Positions 26,470-28,238 of a stretch of DNA of 28,238 bases are shown piece after piece. This DNA is from a virus (taxonomy: Duplodnaviria; Caudoviricetes): positions 1 to 28,238 of the IMG/VR virus record IMGVR_UViG_3300000756_000036. One strand, 5' to 3'. Position 1 is the stretch's first letter. Every line of letters begins with the position of its first letter. Both the position numbers and the translations under genes were made by a program. Under the pieces are notes generated by a model. It had not been told where the DNA came from and made no database searches. It saw only the letters and a list, made by a program, of their open reading frames with translations.

Positions 26470-26627
26470 AGACAGCCAAGACACCCAAGGAAGCCAGGGC
26501 CAAGCCGGGGCTGAAGCTAATCACCCCTTGGGAAAAGGAAGTGATCGATTACAAGGTCCAGCAACACAGGGAAAGGTGGGTCGCCTTGTTCGACGCCGTC
26601 CGCAACAAATGGAGGGCTAAAAAATGA
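26466..26627 (+). CDS. Small basic hypothetical protein (53 aa, not in ORF track)
   Basis: Manual translation MKTAKTPKEARAKPGLKLITPWEKEVIDYKVQQHRERWVALFDAVRNKWRAKK; ATGA overlaps at both ends. Confidence 0.7.
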   Translation: MKTAKTPKEARAKPGLKLITPWEKEVIDYKVQQHRERWVALFDAVRNKWRAKK

Positions 26628-26884
26628 GAGAGGTAGACTTTACAGTAACCCATGCCGGCCATGAATACATCGTCGAGCTAGAGGTGGAAGTTCAATGGGT
26701 AGACGATAGCTTCGACCATGAGTTTGGCACCGAGGAGTGCGGCCATTGGGAGCTGGATTGGGACGAGACGAATGTACTTTCTTGCGCTGGGCCAGACGGC
26801 GACATTGAACCGGACAGCGTACCCGGTCTGATGCGGGCGATCCAGCGTAAGGCTGAAGGGCTAGACTTCTCGGACTGGGATTGA
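26624..26884 (+). CDS. Small very acidic hypothetical protein
   Basis: D/E-rich, 86 aa, with a DDSFDHEFG motif; ATGA overlap. Confidence 0.7.
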   Translation: MREVDFTVTHAGHEYIVELEVEVQWVDDSFDHEFGTEECGHWELDWDETNVLSCAGPDGDIEPDSVPGLMRAIQRKAEGLDFSDWD

Positions 26885-26975
26885 TTCATCTCTGCCCTGT
26901 ACCTCGGCCAAGGAGCGGCGGATCAAGGCATGGCACGAAGTGCCACCCTACAGCATGTGGGAGAAAAGCGGGTTT

Positions 26976-27175
26976 GAGGAAGGGGTTTTCTACCCCCCTC
27001 TTCCCCGCTTCCTTTGGGCGTCGAGGATACTAGGTTAAGTCGTTGTTTGATATAGGGTTAACCCTGTTTGCACCCCCCCTTCCTCGCCTGTTTCTAGAAA
27101 TTAGCTACCCCCCTTCCTCGTCCATAAGTGACGAAGGGCCAGTCACTTATAGACTGACGAGGAAGCGAGGATACC
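26976..27175. repeat. Non-coding cluster of direct repeats and palindromes (candidate origin or packaging site)
   Basis: CCCCCCTTCCTCG at 27074 and 27108, inverted partial copies at 26976 and 27158, CGAGGATAC at 27022 and 27166, and several palindromes. Confidence 0.65.
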
Positions 27176-27282
27176 CCTTATATCAAGATAGATAGTCCAT
27201 CCTCGGGCTTTGGCCCTATCCCTATGGGGAAGGGCGTCGCCTACGTCTACTATTCAATCGATACCAAACCAAGGACAGACAC

Positions 27283-27317
27283 TTGACCGGATACCCATGA
27301 CGACCATGATCCGGTCA
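27283..27317 (+). promoter_or_regulatory. Putative promoter for a leaderless rusA-like transcript, overlapped by an inverted repeat
   Basis: TTGACC-16 nt-CATGAT, with ATG 6 nt later. Inverted repeat TGACCGGAT (27284-27292) / ATCCGGTCA (27309-27317). Confidence 0.5.
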
Positions 27318-27763
27318 TGGACGACGTCGTGATGCTCAACATCGAAGGCACACCCAGGCCGCAACCCAGGCCGAGGTTCGTCAATGGTAGGGTGGTATCG
27401 ACAGCCGATGCCAATGCACGCATGTGGAAGGATCAGATCAACGCCACCGCCAAGATCGCCGTCGAGGCAAGGGGTATGCTGGAAGCTTCAGCCATCGCCG
27501 TCGTCATGCGTTTCGACATGCCCACCCCCAAGGCAGACCGGCATGGCAGGCCGCACACGTTCCGGCCAGACGCCGACAACCTAGCTAAACTTGCGCTGGA
27601 TGCGGTCATGTCAGCCGGCCTACTCAAGGACGACGCCGCCGTCTCGACCCTCGTCGTCACCAAGACATGGGCCGGCAAGGGCGGGCTGATCTTGACCCTG
27701 CACGACGACGACCGCACCCCTTCCCCTGTGCCGGCAGATCGGATTCCCGGGTGGATCAAGTAA
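27317..27763 (+). CDS. rusA: RusA-family Holliday junction resolvase
   Basis: PRPQPRPR, RPDADNLAKLALDAV and LKDDAAV catalytic Asp motifs. Confidence 0.9.
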   Translation: MDDVVMLNIEGTPRPQPRPRFVNGRVVSTADANARMWKDQINATAKIAVEARGMLEASAIAVVMRFDMPTPKADRHGRPHTFRPDADNLAKLALDAVMSAGLLKDDAAVSTLVVTKTWAGKGGLILTLHDDDRTPSPVPADRIPGWIK

Positions 27764-27792
27764 ACAAGAAGGCCAGCCGGTGAGGGCTGGCC
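27762..27792 (-). terminator. Rho-independent terminator between convergent genes
   Basis: GGCCAGCC-N6-GGCTGGCC stem followed on the minus strand by TTCTTGTTT. Confidence 0.7.
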
Positions 27793-27823
27793 GATAGACC
27801 TATCTGGGTGGGCCGTGGCGGCC

Positions 27824-28238
27824 TTACGCACGCAGGCGGCGGTCGTCGATCCAAGACCCGGTGCCTCCGACCTTGTGGCGGATCCGGTCTAGCATGTCGG
27901 CGGTGTCCTTGAGATCGGCCGGCACACCGGGGCGATCGTCGTCGAAGTCCTCATGGTTTTCCACCCAACCGTCGAGGGCATACGAGGCAAGGTCGTCAAG
28001 CAAGGTGAGGCAGTCCTTGGCATCCTGCTTGTCGAGGGTGACGTCGTCTGCCGTGGCGAAGGACATGGCGAAAGCATACTCATCCTTCCCGATATAGGTT
28101 TGCACCATATCAACCTTGCGGCACCAGCACTCGTATCCGGTGAGGGATCGGAGTTTGGCGAGGCAGGCGAGTGCGGCCTTCTCATGCATGGCCGCCGTGT
28201 CCAAGCCGTAGTCCAAGGACAGGGTGACAGAGGCGGGG
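27824..28238 (-). CDS. Hypothetical protein (probably 5' truncated by the window edge)
   Basis: The frame stays open from TTG 28216 to the window end. It has C-ending codons and ends just before the terminator. Confidence 0.6.
   Translation of the reverse strand, partial: PASVTLSLDYGLDTAAMHEKAALACLAKLRSLTGYECWCRKVDMVQTYIGKDEYAFAMSFATADDVTLDKQDAKDCLTLLDDLASYALDGWVENHEDFDDDRPGVPADLKDTADMLDRIRHKVGGTGSWIDDRRLRA

Noticed and set aside
26429-26620. 63-aa ORF from the track
   Set aside because: The alternative frame 26466-26627 has ATGA coupling at both ends and a more protein-like sequence.

Overview
This is a 28 kb fragment of a tailed dsDNA phage, probably podovirus-like, with nearly all genes on the + strand. 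It has four parts. (1) End of the virion module (1-14025): a tail tubular/stabilisation-like protein, a GNAT-like protein, several ejection (internal virion) proteins, and a 3130-aa polyvalent protein carrying putative DNA-glycosylase-like, ADP-ribosyltransferase-like and GNAT domains. (2) A DUF1599-like gene, an HNH-like ORF with no canonical start, and a membrane/lysis cluster (14068-16192). (3) A replication/recombination operon (16285-24300): HTH protein, Sak4-like ATPase, SSB-like protein, SF2 helicase, Cas4-like nuclease and primase-helicase. (4) Lysozyme-like, HTH, TerS-like and small genes, a repeat- and palindrome-rich intergenic region, a RusA-like resolvase and a convergent truncated gene. 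The most striking observation is a protein-like ORF nested in the +1 frame of the giant gene, directly after its glycosylase-like domain; it is a candidate overprinted immunity or partner gene. All family assignments come from recalled motifs, not database searches.
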